Shown: in pieces, positions 15,821 to 17,737 of the stretch
Numbering within the stretch: the first letter of the stretch is position 1
Layout: every line of letters starts with the position of its first letter
Assembly (NCBI GenBank): GCA_965648935.1
Contig: CBFGIY010000051.1
Span: 1-17,737 of the forward strand
Origin: a candidate division WOR-3 bacterium
GTDB lineage: Bacteria; Hydrothermota; Tepidihabitantia; Tepidihabitantales; Tepidihabitantaceae
DNA length: 17,737 nt
Direction of reading: 5' to 3'
Made by a program: the position numbers and the translations under genes
The notes under the pieces: model-generated
Database searches by the model: none
Told to the model about the DNA's origin: nothing
The model's input: only the letters and a program-made list of their open reading frames with translations

Positions 15821-17737
15821 TTGTTTCTCGCGCTGCTGATACTGTCGGCCCTGACTTCCGGCGAACTGCCGCCCGAACAGGCCGCGATCGAGGTGAGCCG
15901 TTCCGGCGAAGACGGCATCGCGTTCAGCTATCACCCGGGCAAGATGAGCATCAACCGTGCGGCCGATGGCGGCGCGGTCATATCTTTCGTGCAGGCCGAC
16001 AATGCCGCGCCCCCGGGCCGGTACGACCTGCCCACGCGCACGGTTCGCATCGGCCTGCCGCAATCGGGCAGGCCCCGCGTACGCCACTCGGCCGGCCCAA
16101 TCCGTCAGCTAGATGGTATCCTGCCGGCAGTCGTGCCGAGCATCTCCTATGAGCGCGGCCAACTTGCCGGCCAGGATTCCCTGGCGCTGCCGCGGCCGAC
16201 CGAGTGGGTCGAAGTCACGGCCGAGGGCGAGGTGCGCGGCGTCAGGTTCATCGAGCTGACGCTGCGGCCGGCGCGTTTCGGTCCGGCCGGCGGGCTCGAG
16301 GCCGCCGAACGGATTGACGTGACGGTCGAGTTCACCGAGCCGCCGCAGCCTGCGGTCCGTGACGAGGGCCTGGCGGCCGCGGTCCTGCTCAACGGGGCAC
16401 AGGCACGACACTGGGCGCGAGGCAGGGAAGACGGCGACGCCGGGTCGCCCTTCCGATTCAGCCCCAACTGGCTGCGCATCTCGCTTGACTCGACCGGGAT
16501 ATACGCGATGTCCTATGCCGACCTCGCCGGTGCCGGCGTGCCGGTTGCCGGGCTCGACCCGCGCACCCTCAGCCTTTTCGGCGTTGTCGGGCACGAACCC
16601 AACCGGCTCGCGGCCGAGTCCCTGGTCGAACTGCCCATCATTGTCACGGGCGAGGAAGATGGCCGGTTTGACCCGTCCGACCGCGTCGTGTTCTACGCGC
16701 AGGGCGCGAGCTACTGGCTGCCCGGATGCTCGACATATGTCAAGAATCTCTATACTTCACAGAGCCGCTACTGGCTGAGCTGGGGCGGGCGTCCGGGGCA
16801 GAGGATGCGGACCGGGCTCGGGCCGGACACCACGGGCACGCGCCCGGTCACCGAGGCGCGCTGGGTCGTGCGCCGCGAGCGCGACCTCGATTGCCCGGCG
16901 CGGTCCGGGCTGTTGTGGATATGGACCTACCTGTTCAAGCCGCCGGGCCAGTCCGAAGCCACGTTCGAGACCGAGCTGGGACTGCCCGATCCGGTGCAGG
17001 TGCTGAGACTCGGCGGCCGGCTACTTTCGCTTTCGGCCGGCAACCGGCTGAGCGTCAGGTTCAACCGGCGCGAGGTCGGGTCTTACCAGTTCGGGCCGAA
17101 CCCACCGAGCGCGCCGTTCGACTTCGTTATCGACAGCGCGCTGGTGACCAGCAGCCGGCGCAATACCCTGAGTCTGGCGCTCTCGGGCAACAGCTCGCAC
17201 AGCGCCTATGTCGACTACTTCGAAGTGACCTACCGCCGTCGCCTGCGGCTTGGCGCGGGCCGGCTGGACTTTCTGCAGGACGACACCGGCGTTGTGCGGT
17301 TTCGCATCGCCGACGCGCCGCGCGAGTGCTGGATACTGGATGTGACCTCGCCGGGCGAGCCCCGGCTGGTCAGCGACCTGACGGCGGATGGCGACGGCGT
17401 GACTTTTGCCTGGCGCGTTCCCCGACCCGCGCAGTTCGCGGCCTGCACTGACGCCGGGCTGCGCCGACCGGCCGAACTGCAGCTGCGCCGACCGGGCCGG
17501 CTGGCCGCTTCCGCGGTGCGGGCCGACTACTGGATAATCACGCCCGGCGAGTTCGCCGCCGCGGCCGAGCGTCTCGCCGAGTACCGCACCGGGCGCATCG
17601 CCGGCAGGAGCGGCGCGCGCGCGGCTGTGGCGGTGCTTGAGGACGTTTTCGACGACTACGCCCTCGGGATGAGCGAGCCGGTTGCGATCAAGCGATTCCT
17701 TGCGGACAAGCGGCCGCAGTACGCTCTGCTCGTCGGC
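15821..17737 (+). CDS. C25 (gingipain-family) cysteine peptidase, PorU/T9SS-sortase-like, partial (at least 639 codons; runs off window end)
   Basis: Absent from the ORF track because it has no stop. TTG 15821 is the first possible start after an in-frame TAG at 15806. Signal peptide MFLALLILSALTS, C25-propeptide-like PPGRYDLPTRTVRIGLP, PorU-like WLRISLDSTGIYAMSYADLAGAGVPVAGLDPRTLSLFG and ELPIIVTGEEDGRFDPSDRVVFYAQG, and the start of the C25 domain ADYWIITPGEF...LAEYR...VFDDYALGMSEPVAIKRFL...YALLVG in the same frame at the window end. Confidence 0.85.
   Translation, partial: MFLALLILSALTSGELPPEQAAIEVSRSGEDGIAFSYHPGKMSINRAADGGAVISFVQADNAAPPGRYDLPTRTVRIGLPQSGRPRVRHSAGPIRQLDGILPAVVPSISYERGQLAGQDSLALPRPTEWVEVTAEGEVRGVRFIELTLRPARFGPAGGLEAAERIDVTVEFTEPPQPAVRDEGLAAAVLLNGAQARHWARGREDGDAGSPFRFSPNWLRISLDSTGIYAMSYADLAGAGVPVAGLDPRTLSLFGVVGHEPNRLAAESLVELPIIVTGEEDGRFDPSDRVVFYAQGASYWLPGCSTYVKNLYTSQSRYWLSWGGRPGQRMRTGLGPDTTGTRPVTEARWVVRRERDLDCPARSGLLWIWTYLFKPPGQSEATFETELGLPDPVQVLRLGGRLLSLSAGNRLSVRFNRREVGSYQFGPNPPSAPFDFVIDSALVTSSRRNTLSLALSGNSSHSAYVDYFEVTYRRRLRLGAGRLDFLQDDTGVVRFRIADAPRECWILDVTSPGEPRLVSDLTADGDGVTFAWRVPRPAQFAACTDAGLRRPAELQLRRPGRLAASAVRADYWIITPGEFAAAAERLAEYRTGRIAGRSGARAAVAVLEDVFDDYALGMSEPVAIKRFLADKRPQYALLVG

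Noticed and set aside
16359..17451. ORFs 16359..16778 and 16726..17451 as separate genes or a frameshifted pseudogene
   Set aside because: Both are off-frame to the PorU-like reading frame 15821..>17737, whose start, middle motifs and end share one frame.
17458..17495. 14-bp direct repeat GCTGCGCCGACCGG (17458 and 17482)
   Set aside because: Only two copies, 24 bp apart and in frame (LRRP twice) within a CDS; not a CRISPR array or mobile-element end.
1..17737. tRNA/rRNA genes, CRISPR array, transposase/integrase, defence system, intrinsic terminators
   Set aside because: Intergenic gaps are short (at most about 160 bp) and explained by promoters; I saw no repeat-spacer pattern, recombinase motifs or hairpin followed by a U-tract.

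Overview
High-GC bacterial chromosomal window, densely coding, with no rRNA, tRNA, CRISPR array or mobile element that I can support. In order: a DUF2207-like membrane protein (minus strand, runs off the left edge, absent from the ORF track); a divergent GT-C/ArnT-like polytopic membrane protein; a convergent Fe-S DinG/YoaA helicase; then a long plus-strand run of ogt, an MBL-fold hydrolase, ino1, tmk, a CtpA/S41 protease, mutM, an isoaspartyl peptidase/asparaginase, a 942-aa Omp85 protein (HExxH metallopeptidase + TolB/PD40 propeller + BamA-type barrel, no obvious POTRA), an overlapping lipoprotein, and a PorU-like C25 peptidase (runs off the right edge, also absent from the ORF track). The most interesting element is the lipoprotein: it appears to fuse a LolA/LppX-like domain to a SecD periplasmic P1 domain that lacks the SecD transmembrane helices. 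With the protease-bearing Omp85 it is a candidate undescribed outer-membrane export or quality-control module. Five intergenic sigma70-like promoters share a 16-bp spacer, and most have very short leaders. The gene content suggests a diderm FCB-related lineage such as WOR-3; this is inference only. All domain calls are by eye and no searches were run.
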